Positions 22,736-36,559 of a stretch of DNA of 64,000 nt are shown here, piece after piece. The stretch is from assembly GCA_951406725.2 (NCBI GenBank), contig OX597835.1, positions 42,346,001 through 42,410,000 on the forward strand, given 5' to 3'. The notes under the pieces were generated by a model, which saw nothing but the letters and a program-made list of their open reading frames with translations, was not told the origin of the DNA and did no database searches. Position numbers and translations under genes: made by a program. This DNA is from Octopus vulgaris (lineage: Eukaryota). Numbering within the stretch: the first letter of the stretch is position 1; the number at the start of each line of letters is the position of its first letter.

Positions 22736-25323
22736 CTTATAATGTTTATGCTTCAGGAATCTGCAATTCAATTATTGAAATTAAGTTTCAGAATTAATTA
22801 ATGTGGGGGGGGGGGAATCACAGTAAACAGATTTAAGCATTCATGAATATTATTAGAAAGACTGAGACGGCCATAGAAAACGAGAAATTGATTCAAGTTG
22901 AGATTGCAAAAATATACACATCATACTCATATTTATACATACATCTACATTTTTCTATTTGTGCATGAGTATACATACATTCACACATGTATATTCATAA
23001 ATAAATTGCACACATTTTATATATGTGTGTGTGTGTATAGGCACGTGGCTAGGTGGTTTGGTTGTTCAACTCATGATTGTAAGGTCACAAGTTCAATTCC
23101 TGGCAGCTCATTGTGTCCTTCAGCAAGTCCCTTCCTTTCAAGTTATATACATGTGTACATATATACATATATATATGTGTACATATATATATATATATAT
23201 GTATATATATGTATATATGTGTGTGTACACATATACATATATGTGTACATATATACATATATATGTATACACTCATACATGTGAGTTTAGTTACGAGCTG
23301 AACATAGTGACCATCCAGACAGAATTGAGTTACCTTTCGAAACACAATATACCACAGAATTTTGATTAAGCTTCTTTCCACTCCAGTTTCAAATTTCCAA
23401 TCAATAAATTCAGCTGATTTGAAAAACTAAAATCAGTTCAGGAGAATTAAACCAAATAACAAAAAGATGTAAAGAAACTGGAATTGTATATGAAAAAAAA
23501 GATAATTGTATATATAAAAGATAATACAAAAAAGAAAAAAAATCAATTTAAAAAGGAAGTCCTTCTCCCCTCCTCTGCTAAAGCAATTCAAGTTTGTGTG
23601 AAAATCTCATTTTGAATCATTTGAAACTTTAAATGGACAAAAGCTGATGTTTTCCTAATCAGGTTATCTTTACATGAAATATTCCCATAATTCCTCTCTC
23701 CCCTCTGTTTTGTATTCAGTTACAGTTCAATAATCACTCTCACCTGTTCAGTAGTATTTTTGTCATCATCATCATCATGTCATTGGATTAATCTCCTCCC
23801 TTTTTCATGTTTCCATGGCTCAGATGGAATCTGCTGAGGCAGATTTTCCACATTTTGACACTCCAATAATCACTCTCAACAGTTCTATATCGTAGCATTC
23901 GTCATCACCAGTTTAACGTCCACTTTTCCATGCCTGCATGGGTTAGATGGAATTCTTTGAGGTATATTTTCTGTCTGTACAGTACAATAATAATTGTCTT
24001 CAATACCTCTGTGCCATAGTATTTATCACCAATTCAAATTATTAATTTCAAATTTCGGCACAAGGCCAGTAATTTCAGGGGAGGGGGTAAGTTGATAACA
24101 TTGACCCCCAGTACTCAGCTGGTACTTATTTTATTGACCCAAAAGGATGAAAGGCAAAGTAGACCTTGGCAGAATTTGAACTCAGAATGTAAGGACAGGT
24201 GAAATGCCGTTAAGCATTTCGTCTGGTGTGCAAACAATTCTGCCAGCTCACAGCCTTACCGATATAGATTATTGATTTCTTTCAACAATTCTCTAATTGT
24301 GGAGGCGACCTGTAAAAGAGGTAGGCCCAGGATGAGGTGGGATGTTCAGTCTCATGGAGAGGATGACAATCGACTGAGCCTTTTGGTGATTTGCTGTAGT
24401 TGATGAAGACAGGTCAAGCCAAGCGGAATTGTGGTTGTGACCAGTGACACATAAAAGGCACCTGTGCTGGTGACAATGTAAAAGACACCCAGTACACTCT
24501 GTGGAGTGGTTGGCATCAGGAAGGACATCCAGCCATAGAAACCGTGCCAAAACAGACAACTGGAGCCTGGTGCAGCTCCAGTCAAACCGATTAAGCCATG
24601 CCAGCTGGAGGATGGATGTTAAATGATGAAGACCAATTCTGTAGCCTTTTTCTTCAGTGTAGTCCACACTAATTGTTTTCAGCAGTTGTGTATGTACTGG
24701 CCTTTGAGTATTGTACAATAAGAGTTTGTCTCCCGTGCAGTAGAGTGTTGGGTGATTTAGTACACTAGTGGTTTATGTTCAGTACGTTAACGATTTCAAC
24801 AGTGGTGTTGGTGCAATATACAATGGAACACAAAACATCTCAAACTAGTTAAACCAGCTGAGTTTTATAATCAGTGGTTTTATAATTTAGCAGATGGCAG
24901 AATTGAGTAATTTCAGGGTAAAAAAAAAAAAGATTATAGTTATAGGGTCTTGCTCTGAAACAATTTTGGGATTTTAATTCTTAGCGAGAACTGAAGGATC
25001 AGGTTTTCAACCTTGACAGTGTCTCGGCTGAATGTCAGTGCAAGTCAAACTGTAATATTGTTTATTATTTTGCTTAGGCAAAGTGATGCTAATTACCTGA
25101 TGTTGGAACTCTGTCTAGACAGACGGTAGAGAACGTCAGTCGAGTATAGAGCAATAATGAAAAATTAAATGAAAGACACAGGAAGAAGAGATTATGTTGT
25201 GAACTTCATAGTTTAGTGCTTGTGCCGTTCTTTTATTGCATTAAACCCTAGTATAAAGATATACAATTTTATCTTAATTTCCCTTAATCTCTGTTTTTAC
25301 TACAAACTCTGATAAGTTCTCAA

Positions 25324-25364
<41 letters not shown>

Positions 25365-25730
25365 CATACATACATAGATAGATAGATAGATACACACGTA
25401 CACAGTTCCATTTTGTTAGCTTTTCTATCTCCTCCATGCAATGCAATGTTCTATAAAACCATTGTTCTTGAATTCTATTATTCTAGAACTTTATTCTTCT
25501 TTGCTTCATCATTGCTTCAAAAATGAAGTGCGATTCTATTTGGGAAAGCATTTATACATAAATCCGAGCTTCATTTCTGAAACTCTGGTGAAGCGATATG
25601 GTGATACACAAACACTCAACTATGAGTGCATTGCATCTCATAGCAGAAACAGCTGTAAGCTAATGAAGTACATTCATTTCGTATTTCCTTGTCATTTAAT
25701 TTATTTTATTTATATATATATATATATAGT

Positions 25731-26004
25731 ATATTCTGTTGTGTTTGGAGAGAGTCGTTTTCTTTTTGTGCCTTATAATTTAACACACTCATAGGTAAAA
25801 TCTCCACTTATTTCGTATTTTTATTTTCCTAAAATTTTCGTTGCGTCTTGCAACTTTCCAATAGTCAAGACTTGCAACCCTTTCAGTAGTCAATACACAA
25901 CAAAAATTTTAGGAAAGTAAAAATAAGAAATAAGTGGAAATTTTACCAGTGAGTGTGTTAAAAGCACAAAAAGAAAATGACTCTCCCCGGACACAACAGA
26001 ATAT
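25731..26004. mobile_element. Foldback/MITE-like inverted repeat in intron K-L
   Basis: Arms ~25731-25847 and ~25891-26004 are imperfect reverse complements. Confidence 0.75.
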
Positions 26005-26907
26005 GCTTCAACACGCAAACTCACATAAAGAATCTTGCAAACCAAATCCAAAAACGAAATATATATAGTATACCGTCTGGTAATATAAACATGAGACAAT
26101 AGGTATATGAGAAGAATTACTCAACATACTACAAAGCATATGAATTGAATTTCATTTATGAATGTTATATCTAAGATTCTGTTCGTTCAGGGAAGAGGGG
26201 TATTAATCTCAATATTATTTTTGAACAAGGCTAGAAATATATATTTTATAATAATGAAAGAAATAATTGTTTCCAATTTTGGCACAAGGCCAGTAAATTT
26301 GGGGTGGGGGTTAGTTTGTGTCACTGACTCCAGAAGGATCAAAGACAAAGTCGACACTGTTAGAATTTGAACTTAGAACACAATGATTCAGAAGAAATGC
26401 CACTGTTCTAAATATTCTGCCAGCTTGCTGTCTTTAATAAAATAATAATAAATTCCATATACGATTATCAGGAATCAATTTGACCATTTTTCTTTTATAG
26501 CATTATCCCTATTATTATAATACATAGAATTTTATCTTAATCTGATAATTCCTCACCATTCTCTCTATACACAGTTCCATTCTGTTAGCTTTTCTGTCTC
26601 CTCCATGCAATGTTCCTATAATACCATTGTTCTTGAATTCTATTATTCTAGAATTCAGTTATTCTTCAACTTGATTAATACTGAATTCTATTATTCTAGA
26701 ACTTTATTCTTTTTCAATTCTTTTATTCATCAATTCTATTTTCATTGAATTCCATTATTCTTGAATGACTATTATTCTGCTATTCAAACCTTCCTGAATT
26801 CTTGGAATTCTGTTATGACCATTATTTGTTGAATGTTCTGTTATTATTCTCCAATGTTCTCTACACTCAACTCTCTACTAACATGCTAGACTCCTAACAT
26901 TTTCTAG

Positions 26908-27012
26908 CCGGCAGTTATGGTTCTCCATCGTTAAGACGTTCTAAAGTGGGTTCGTCTATGATTAATCTGTCAGCTGCTGGTAACAACTCTCCCTATGACC
27001 ATTCCGATGTTG
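26908..27012 (+). CDS. MACF1: Spectraplakin exon L, Ser-rich tail
   Basis: ttttctag|CC...GTTG|gtaggt; 105 nt, phase 1-1; (A)GSYGSPSLRRSKVGSSMINLSAAGNNSPYDHSDV; frame-compatible with both neighbours and skippable in frame. Confidence 0.75.
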
Positions 27013-28003
27013 GTAGGTAGCATGTTTTTTGCCTTGTCACCTCCCTCTGCATTTTCATTATTCTCCCCCCATCGTCATTGCCATCTTGCTGCTTGCCTTT
27101 CGTTTCACTTTCTCCTTTCTGCATGATTGTTGTATTTTTATATATTTTCAAATTTTGTTTCTTGTTGTTCTTAACATTTTAATTAAATATTATTTCCAAA
27201 AATGTTATTTTTGATTTTCTAATATTTTCATTTACACTCATTAAATATTTATTTCTAAGATATAAAACTTTAATTTTTACTTATTTTGTCTGCTAAATTT
27301 TAGTTAATTTTCCTGAAATTATTGTGCATTAAAGTACCACTTTGGCATGCATTAAAGTGTAGTAAAGGTCAACAAGTACACTGCCATTGTACTTTTTATC
27401 ATTCACTGATGATGTTAAGAAAGGCATTAACATCACGCAATCTTATTTCCCCTCCTCTCTCATATCATGAGAAATATTTTCAGATGTTATGACAGAGGTG
27501 TTCACAAAAGTCTAGATTATATCAAAATACTTTGCTAATTGAATTTGTTTAAATGTGTTAAATGCTTTTGAAATTGAAACTAAATGTAACTTTTCTTCTC
27601 TCTTTGAATCCTCATTTCACTGTCATGTTGAAATGGGTTGACGTGATCTGTCATGCACCAATGTTTTCACACTGGTTGTGGTTTCTATGGCTGGATGCCC
27701 TTGTGGCACCAGTACACACTGATACAACTCAGGCATTTCATGAGGAATGACTTACTTTGCAGATAATTTGTTCTTAAACGCTTAACAGTTAAAGTGTCAT
27801 TTTAATTCCACTAATTATAATTAGCTAATGTAATCCCACTATTTTTAAAGTAAAATAATTACTCTTGCTTGCAACTGCTTCATAAATTTCTAGAAATGTC
27901 CATTAAGTTTTTAATCTAATTTAACGAATCAAAAACTGAAAAATTCTCAATCCTTGATTTGCTATTTTTTTAAATCCTTCAATTTCTATCAAATAATCAC
28001 CAG

Positions 28004-28353
28004 GCTCCAATGGAAACCTGAGTCGCAGCAAACGGCTGAGTACTTCGTCCCATAATCTGTCCACCACTAAGTCTTCCCGGACGCCAAAGTCTCCTGGATT
28101 ACAAACAGGAAATTCTCGGCCAAAGACTCCAACGATGAATAGCAGTAACTCGAAACTGTCGACACCAGGAACCACACCGGTCCGACCCAACAGTACGACA
28201 CCAGCCAGACCCAACAGTACGACACCAAACACATCCCGAAGTACAACACCAGTTGCACAGAGGATGGGTGCACAACGGCGCCTGCCATCCACACCAAAGT
28301 CTTCAACCCCAAAGACCCCTCTTCGTCCCAGAACCCCAACGGCACACAGATAA
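28004..28353 (+). CDS. MACF1: Spectraplakin terminal coding exon M, basic S/T/P-rich tail
   Basis: caccag|GC... phase 1, to TAA at 28351-28353; GSNGNLSRSKRLSTSSHNLSTTKSSRTPKSPG...RPNSTTPARPNSTTP...QRRLPSTPKSSTPKTPLRPRTPTAHR*. Confidence 0.88.
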
Positions 28354-30500
28354 CACCTAAAAAAACAGTAACATGTGAAAGGTTTTGTGTTTTACCAACT
28401 CATTTGGACATGAAGATGTAATTAGTAAAGATATTTTATACACCCAGCTCATATCTGAAATGGTTGCTGTAAATACTGTTTTATATATATACATGTATAT
28501 ATATGTATATGAAATAGGATGTACTAGAGAGATGTCTTGTTTCATTGAAATATTACACACATTCTATCACATATATGTATTTATACACACACACATATAC
28601 ATACAAGTTGTTTGATCCTAAGGTCATTCAGTGCTGTGCCAATTTAGCAGAACTTCTGCAATTCACACTCCAGACATTTCTCACAGACATTCTCTCTCAA
28701 TTTCCATATTTCCAATGTTTTAACCAATTCAGAGCATTAGTAGTCGTTAGTGCAACAATTTAATTCAACGAATTAATCAATAAAAATAATTAGTACAAAG
28801 ACAGAGATTTTTTTAAAAATGATAATCACATGAAATATTATTCCTTAGGGTGGTGGGTTAGAGGAGTATTTAGAGCTAAATGCTGCATATTGGGCTATAC
28901 CAGTCATATACTGAGGTGATGGAATTAAGTATTAAGGCACTATGGTTTTAAGAAGTGAAATATAAATGGTCTTACTGTGATTGCTTTTTACTTTAAAGAT
29001 TTTCAGTTCAAATCACGCAAGATCAACTTTGCCTTTCATCCTTCCAAGGATAAATACCTGTGAAATGCTGGGGTTGATCCTATCAATTGTGACCCTTTCC
29101 TTACAATTTTAAGCTTAGTGCCACTGTGAGAAATAATAATAATTATTATTCATCTTGTATTTTTGGTAGATTTATGGCAGTGTAGAATTAAAGATTCCAC
29201 ATTTCATCTTTTAACAAAAATTTTGTCAGAATCCAAAATATTGATATCTATTTGCAGAAATCTTTAAAGTGTTTAGAAATAGTAAAGAAATTACTTAAGG
29301 GAAGAAATATTTGATAAGAAACTACTTTGATACAACCACCACAGATATTTGTTTTTTTAATTTTTATCTCCAACTATTTATATTTTCTTTAACAGAATTA
29401 ACAATATATATGTATAAACATATATAAACACACCACACACACAAAAACAAAAACTTTTTTTTTTATTATGTTGTACATATGTGATATTTTCTTCCAAATC
29501 TCTTTTTATAATATCAGTGAATCAGAATGAATGAACCAACTTCGAAAACGGTGCAAAAAACACATCCATAACTCTCCACTAATTTATATATCCACACCAC
29601 ACCCTTTCTCCTTTCGGTCTTTTATACCTTTTTGTTAATTTATCAACTTCTTCAGCCTTATACCACCAAAACGTTTACATGAGTTTCCTTCTGTTTATCC
29701 TAAATAACACACTGAATCTTGTAAATTATTTTGTTATCACACAATTCAATTTCAAATCTATTTTTTAATTGATTTGGGGGCTGAAACAAAACAAAAAAGT
29801 GGGGTTTTTTTTTTTTTAATTTATATATTTTTGTAATTTATTTCTTGTATTCTAAATATTAGATCAGCTGAGACGATGGGTTTTGTGCTCTGGGGAATTT
29901 TATATCCAGAGGAACAATTGACGGGAGGGGGCTCTAAAACCAGAAACATTCCATTCTTAATGTATATTAATTAGCTTCAGGTTTCGTTCTTCAATTTTAA
30001 CAAATCTTATCTTCATTAAAAGTACAGTAATTAATCCAAATGATTTTAATTTGCTCAAGTTTTAACATTTTTATTTGAAAAAAAAAATCTTGTTAGATAT
30101 GTGTGTGTGTGTGTGTATATATATTCATATATATATATACATATAAGGAAGCACTCCGTCGGTTACGACGACGAGGGTTCCGATTGATCCGAATCAACGG
30201 AACAGCCTGCTCGTGAAATTAACGTGTAAGTGGCTGAGCACTCCACAGACACGTGTACCCTTAACGTAGTTCTCGGGGATATTCAGCGTAACACATATAT
30301 ATATCTAACAATAACGAGATTTTAAAACATTTGAGCAGCTTTGATAAAACTGTTTTAAAGAAGCCTTTTGAATACTCAAAACTATTTAAATTGTAAAAGC
30401 GAGAACTTGTTTTCCATAAGTTGCTGGGAATTTAGTTACCTTCTTGTGTTATTGGCTGAAGCCAATGTTATGCTTTGCTATACGAAATAAATAAAAAAAA
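28354..30500 (+). other. Probable 3' UTR of the spectraplakin gene
   Basis: AT-rich, comparatively repeat-poor sequence after the stop; AATAAA at 28779 and ~30486; true end unknown. Confidence 0.4.
30146..30292 (-). mobile_element. Young SINE family C 3' fragment in the putative 3' UTR
   Basis: Reverse complement of 14330-14470; CpGs intact; inserted in (TA)n. Confidence 0.75.
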
Positions 30501-32695
30501 ATCGGTACTAAGAAACTGTCAAATAACTTTCGGCTTACACAGAAATTGATTTGAATTTTCATGCTCAACTCGAGACCATGCCAAGACTAGCAGGAAGGTA
30601 TTTCTGAGGAATACATTGAGCCTGCCTTCAGTATTACTACATTCCTGTCAAAACAAACAAAATTCAATGAGTTTCAATTGTTTCGCAAAACGGCGCCAAT
30701 TCTTGTGATAATTTGGACCAAATCTTCAGTTACCTTCAATAAATATCAACACAATAAGTTATATTCCAAGAAATAATCTTCTAAAATACTTTTACTTGAG
30801 CAAAAATGTGTGATATTTTCCCTGGCCAAATTTTATTCATTCATTTTTTAATAATTTTTCCTTTTGATACCGCAGAAAAAGAAATTTAAAAATTGTGATT
30901 CGCAGGTTATCTTACATTTTCAAAAAGACAGAATCTGTTAACTCTACCGATATTTCTAACTAAAAGATCAACCCCATTAATAGCAAATATATTTGTCTCC
31001 CTAAATACCATTTTTATTCATTAAATATTTCAAAAAATTTTCTAAATTTTATAATGGGAATTTTTTTTCTCTTATCCCTAAATAATCTTTTCTAAGTGTC
31101 TACTTTTTATAATGGGAAATTTTTTCTCTTATCCATAAATCTTTCCTAAGTGTCCACTCTTAACAGTCCACGTCCATTCTGACCTTTGTCCACAATAACT
31201 GTATTCTTTAACCTAACAACTAACAATACTAGAATCCGGCTTCTCATTCTGGAACCAGAGATTTTTTCTTTCACTGACCATCTCGAGTAGTTTGGCCACC
31301 CCTCTCTCTCTAATGACCTTTGAAACATGTCCAAACCTTAAAGGTCATCAAATTTAGTTTACTAGTGCCTGCAGATGACCATGATGGAACAGTGAAATAC
31401 AAAGATGTTAGTCTGTCACTCTCAGCCGTTAGTATTTCTTCATACCAGTTTTTACAACGGTGTTCTCCATTCCATGTCAAAAATGAGGTCGATCTTTTGT
31501 TTTAAAGTTCCGTCCAGCTCATGTTCACATAGAAAAAGGGAGACACAAACACTTTTTTTTAAAAAACTAATGTGAAAACTTCAGATTGTTTTCATAATTA
31601 TTTTGACATTTTTGATTTTTTTTTACACAAAACAATATTTTAAAACATTCTGTGAAACTGTTTTGGTAGCATTTTCCTCTACCTCAACAATCATTAAAGT
31701 TACTGTAACCAACTTAAACAGGAAATTTCTCTGCAAAATTCACCAGAAAAACAAAGAATTTATTGGACATTTCCAATTTCACCTCTTTGGTGTGGGGTGG
31801 GGGAAAAGAATTCTAGGAAGATTTCTAGGGGGTGGGGAAACGAACTTTCATTGTAAATCAGGAACTGTTTGTTGGTGTGTCTGTTAATTGAACTACAGAT
31901 CAACTATAACAGCAAATTATTGGTATATCTGTTCAGTTGTAAAAGTTTTCTGTATAAAGATCAACAATTAAAATATATAAAATGCATTGTTAATTTTTTT
32001 TTATTTATTCTACTCCTTTCAGTCAGTGGACCTTGGCCATGCTGGGGCACGTTTTGTTGTTTTCAGATTTATATTCTAAGCATAAATGAACCAGTGAATC
32101 AAGCATCTACATCTCGGCTCTACAAGTTGCTGAATATAGCCATCAAATAGAGCCTTCCTTACCCTTTTACTTGTTTCAGTCACTGACCATGGTCAAGTTC
32201 ATAGTATTGACCAAACTGAAAGAAAAGTAGTTGATGAAAGTAATTACATCTACGACTTTCATTCAAGCAGAACAAAACTAAGAAAAGAACACTGGAGATG
32301 TAAGAAAAGAAGGCTGGGTTCAATGTGGAATTCACAGAGTAACAGAAAACATTAAATGCTAGAAAAGCTCTGAAATAAGAGGAAGGGTTCATTCAAAGAA
32401 AAGACTCAATTTCGAGGGGATCCATCAAATTCATGTACACGATGTCCAAGAATAAATGAATGCCTCAAAAGATTGGTCACTGACTATGGGGGGTCAACAA
32501 AATAAATTCATTTTTTGTGAAGAGTGTGGCATATAACTTGCATCAATTGTAAGTGATCATAATAAATCATTAGTTATTTCTTATTACTTTTTTAAAATAC
32601 ATTTTCCCACAGGATTTTATTTGAACCCTATCAATGAAATTCTCAGTGATTCTTTGATTTCGATGTTCACCTTGTTTTCTAAAGAGTTTATTTAG

Positions 32696-32796
32696 AATTA
32701 GACAAAAAGTCGTCGAACCAAAAAATCGAACAAAAAGACGTAGATGAAGTGACGACGGACAAAGTGACATCAGATGAAAAGACGGGTCACGCCTGA
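32696..32796 (+). CDS. Candidate alternative terminal exon (ELDKKSSNQKIEQKDVDEVTTDKVTSDEKTGHA*)
   Basis: tttatttag acceptor, phase 1; coding-like, CpG-rich; AATAAA at 32842; a stronger acceptor lies at 32612. Confidence 0.3.
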
Positions 32797-32889
32797 AACT
32801 GGGAAGCAAGTTTCTTGCCACACACCTGTGCTTCATTATGAAATAAATTGCTTTAATTGAAAACCTTGCCTGTGCACATTTTGCCATAA

Positions 32890-33352
32890 GAGAAAAACTG
32901 GGTACGAGAGGTAAGAAAGAAGACTGTGCTGGTATGGTCATGTGATGCATATGGATGAGGACAGCTGCGTAAAGAAGTGTTGGTCTCTAATTGTGGAGGG
33001 AACCAGTGGAAGACGTAGACCCAGGAAGATGTAGGACAAGGTTGTGAAATATGATCCTTGGTTGTTGAGTCTCATGGAAGTAAATCCAAGTGACTGAGAC
33101 GTCTGGTAATTTGCTGTGCTTGAGAAGACACGACAAACTAGGTGGAACCCTAGTCATGGCCAGTGCTGGGGACATGTAAAAGGTACCCACTTCACTCTGT
33201 AAAGTGATCAGTGTTAGGAAGGGCATCCAGCTGTAGAGATTAAGCCAAAACAGACAACTGGAGCCTGGTAAAGCTCTCTGGCTTATCAGCTCCTGTCAAA
33301 CTGCCCAACCCATGCCAGCATGGAAAATGGATGTTAAATGATGATGATGATG
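32890..33352 (+). mobile_element. RTE LINE 3' end
   Basis: RLCWYGHV..MDEDSCVKKC.SLIVEG...GRPRK and a tail ending gttaaatgatgatgatgat; similar tails at ~9530-9825, 24290-24630, 33830-34125. Confidence 0.8.
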
Positions 33353-34822
33353 CACTAGCTGCAAAAAGTGCACAACTGCAAGAGAGAATATTGCTTATCA
33401 GCTCAAGGAAACTTTGTTGTTTGTGACATTGGTCACACGTCAGTGAGTGTTTCAGAGCTGCCTTTTGTGAGACAGAGAAGACCAAGTTTGTCAAACGAAC
33501 TTTTAATGTTCAGCTAAGATGGTGATTAACAAGCTAATTACTGTAAATTGGTAAAAGGTGTAAGATTGTGAATGAGTTGTCTGGAGTCAATAGTAAGATG
33601 CAATGAGAGGCAAAAAGAAAAGGAGTCGGTGTGAAATAGCTTTACATAATTGTTTAGCGTAATGGGTAAAGAAGCATGCTTGGCAACCGTGTGGTTTCCG
33701 GTTCAGTCTCAATGGGCAACACCTTGGGCAAGTGTCTTCAGTTATAGCCTTGGGCCAACCAATGACCTTGTGAGTGAATCTAGTGGATGGAAACTGTGCA
33801 GAAGCTCATTGCATGCGCAGGAGTCCTGTCTGTGCCAGTGCCACATAAAAAGCACCTGTGAAAGCATGTGCCAGGGCCATGTAAAAAGGCACCCATGCTG
33901 GCATCGTGTAAATGCACTTGTGCCAGCATCACATAAAAGCACCAACTACTAGCAGAACATAATGGCACCGGTGCCGTATAAAAAGCACATTGTATAGTGG
34001 TTGGCATTTGGAAGGGCATGCAGCCATAGAAACCATGTCAAATCAGACTGGAACCGGATGCTCTGGTCAAACTGTGCAACCCATGCCAGCATAGAAAGCA
34101 GACATTAAAGGATGATGATGATGATATAATTGGCCTAGTGGTTAGGGTGTTGCACCCACGGTCATGAGATCATGGTTTCAATTCCTAGACCAGGTTCTGT
34201 GTTGTGTTCTTCAGCAAAACACTTCATCTCCTGTTGCTGTGTAATCATTTCAACACCTGAGGCATGGTACACCGTGCACCTGTTCAGGTGACATCGATTT
34301 GATGGTGGGATGGGTTGGCTAATGTGCGGCACGAACATTTGATCACTATAAGCAAATCATTTGTGCAGCTCATTCAGCAAAAGCTGAACACTTATATGTT
34401 GTCTTTGATGAGAGAGTCCATCATATATATATATATATATATCCTTAAAATCCTTTAAAATGTTTTAGCCCGAAGGGCGCAGCCATGCTGGGGCACCACC
34501 GCTATATGTATGACAGATATGTAATCCTTTAAATGTATATGTTTCCATGCTTGCATTATACAAATTCTAAATAAATTTAAAACAAAAATGAGCCAAGAGA
34601 AATAATGCAGAGTGGCCAATGACATGAATTTGAATGAAAACAAAGAAAAAAAAAGGGGGGGGGGGGGTGTTTTTGTATATAAATACCACACAAGATAAAT
34701 TTAAATTTCTTGTGCAACTTCCTCAAAATTTGCAGAATTGCCTCATGGCAAATGAGAGCCCCTCCATAAACACCCCAGCACAGGTTGTCGAGCTAAGGTA
34801 GGGTCACAAAGACACGCACACA

Positions 34823-34866
<44 letters not shown>

Positions 34867-36559
34867 TATACAAAATGAGATTCTTTCAGTTTCCAGCTAC
34901 CAAATCCACTGACAAGGCTTTGGTTGGCCTGGGGCTATAGAAATGTGGACTGGGTGCTCTTTTCCATGACACCAGCACTATTGAGGTCATTGTGCATTTT
35001 GCAAGACTATGCACCCCTAGGGGAGGTTGGGTGGAGGCAGCTTCATGCTAGGGGACTACTATGAGAAGTGGAGTGGGGTCAAACAGGTTCTTGTAAGAGA
35101 AAGAGAGACCAGTAGGAGCTGCAAAAGAAAATGGCAATGAGGTACCCAGGTAGTTCCACAAGGCGCATAATTAGAAGTGGGTGTGTGGGTAGGTTGCAAG
35201 ATTGCATGAGGGAATGGGGGGGGAGTGACAAAATGGGTAGGATCGAAGGATGAATGAACAAAGAACCATGAAGTGGTGAAGATAGGGGGATGCAGAAGAG
35301 GGAGTGGAGATGGGTTTGAGGGGCAGGAGTAGTAAAGATAATACAGCTGCCAGGGAGGGGGACAAAAGAGAAAGAGGACATGGTTGGGTTGTCTGGTAAG
35401 GGCCAGACGGGAGGGGAAAGAGGCAGGTATTACACTTGGGAGAGAGGGGACGAATCATTGTAACGTGGGTGGAGAGCATGAAACACAGCAGTTACAGAAT
35501 TTGGTTTCACTGAGGAGGGTGGGGGGAGTCTTTTCAAGAACCTCATATCGCCAGAGATCCTAGTCCTTTGTCATCTCTGTAAGGCTCAGGGTCCTGAAGT
35601 CAGCCACTTCATCCCACGTCTTCCTAAGTCTCCCTCTGCAAGTTTCAGCTACAGTAAGTGATTGGCATTCCCTTATACAGTTGTCCTCCTGTGACCAGAC
35701 AACTGTTATACCATAGGAATGAATACTGATTTTGTGCTCAGATAATGATTTTATTAATGAATGAAAAATATTGCAATATTTCCAAAACGAAGTGTAAAAT
35801 GGTAAAATGTAATTCCAATTGGGCATCATATAAATGAATAAGATTCTACCAGAAACAAGCGCCAAGAGGTGAGAAAGAATAAAACCGTAAAATGAGAATG
35901 GATAAAAAATGTCAGCTGATGGAGTCAATAAAGTGTTACATGATTGAGGAATAGGAATTGGCAAAAAGATAAAAGATGTGGGAAGAGGAAAATGTCACAT
36001 GACAGAATTGTGTCACATGATTGGATGAACTAAAATAGACAATGTCTCGCATAGCATCACAGTTTTCTTTCTTAAACCCAACATCTTGTTCTTTTTATGT
36101 CCAGTTTTTCACTCAGCACTTTTGTACAAATTCTTTCTCACACACACACACACTTTGTACATTCAAGGGAGTATGCTCACTTATGTCTTTCCAGTCTTCT
36201 CAAATTGTCTGCATTCGAGGCCAAAGTCTCAGTGCCATGCAGCATTGCAGTTCTAACACAGGCATCGTACAATCCACTCTTCACCTCTGTCTGCAGTGGT
36301 GGTAGCTTCCTGAACTTTAACCATTTCTTACCTGAGCTACTATACTTTCAGAACAACCACCTGTTTCTTTATTACCCACAAGGGGATAAACATAGAGGGG
36401 ACAAACAAGGACAGACAAACGGATTAAGTCGATTACATCGACCCCAGTGCGTAACTGGTACTTAATTTATCGACCCGAAAGGATGAAAGGCAAAGTTGAC
36501 CTCGGCGGAAATTGAACTCAGAACGTAGCGACGGGCGAAATACCGCGAAGCACTTCACC

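Noticed and set aside
25078-25150. Good acceptor ttattttgcttag as a tail exon
   Set aside because: The phase-1 frame stops after 7 codons and there is no other support.
27921-28345. Minus-strand ORFs of 123 and 92 aa
   Set aside because: Antisense shadows of the terminal exon.
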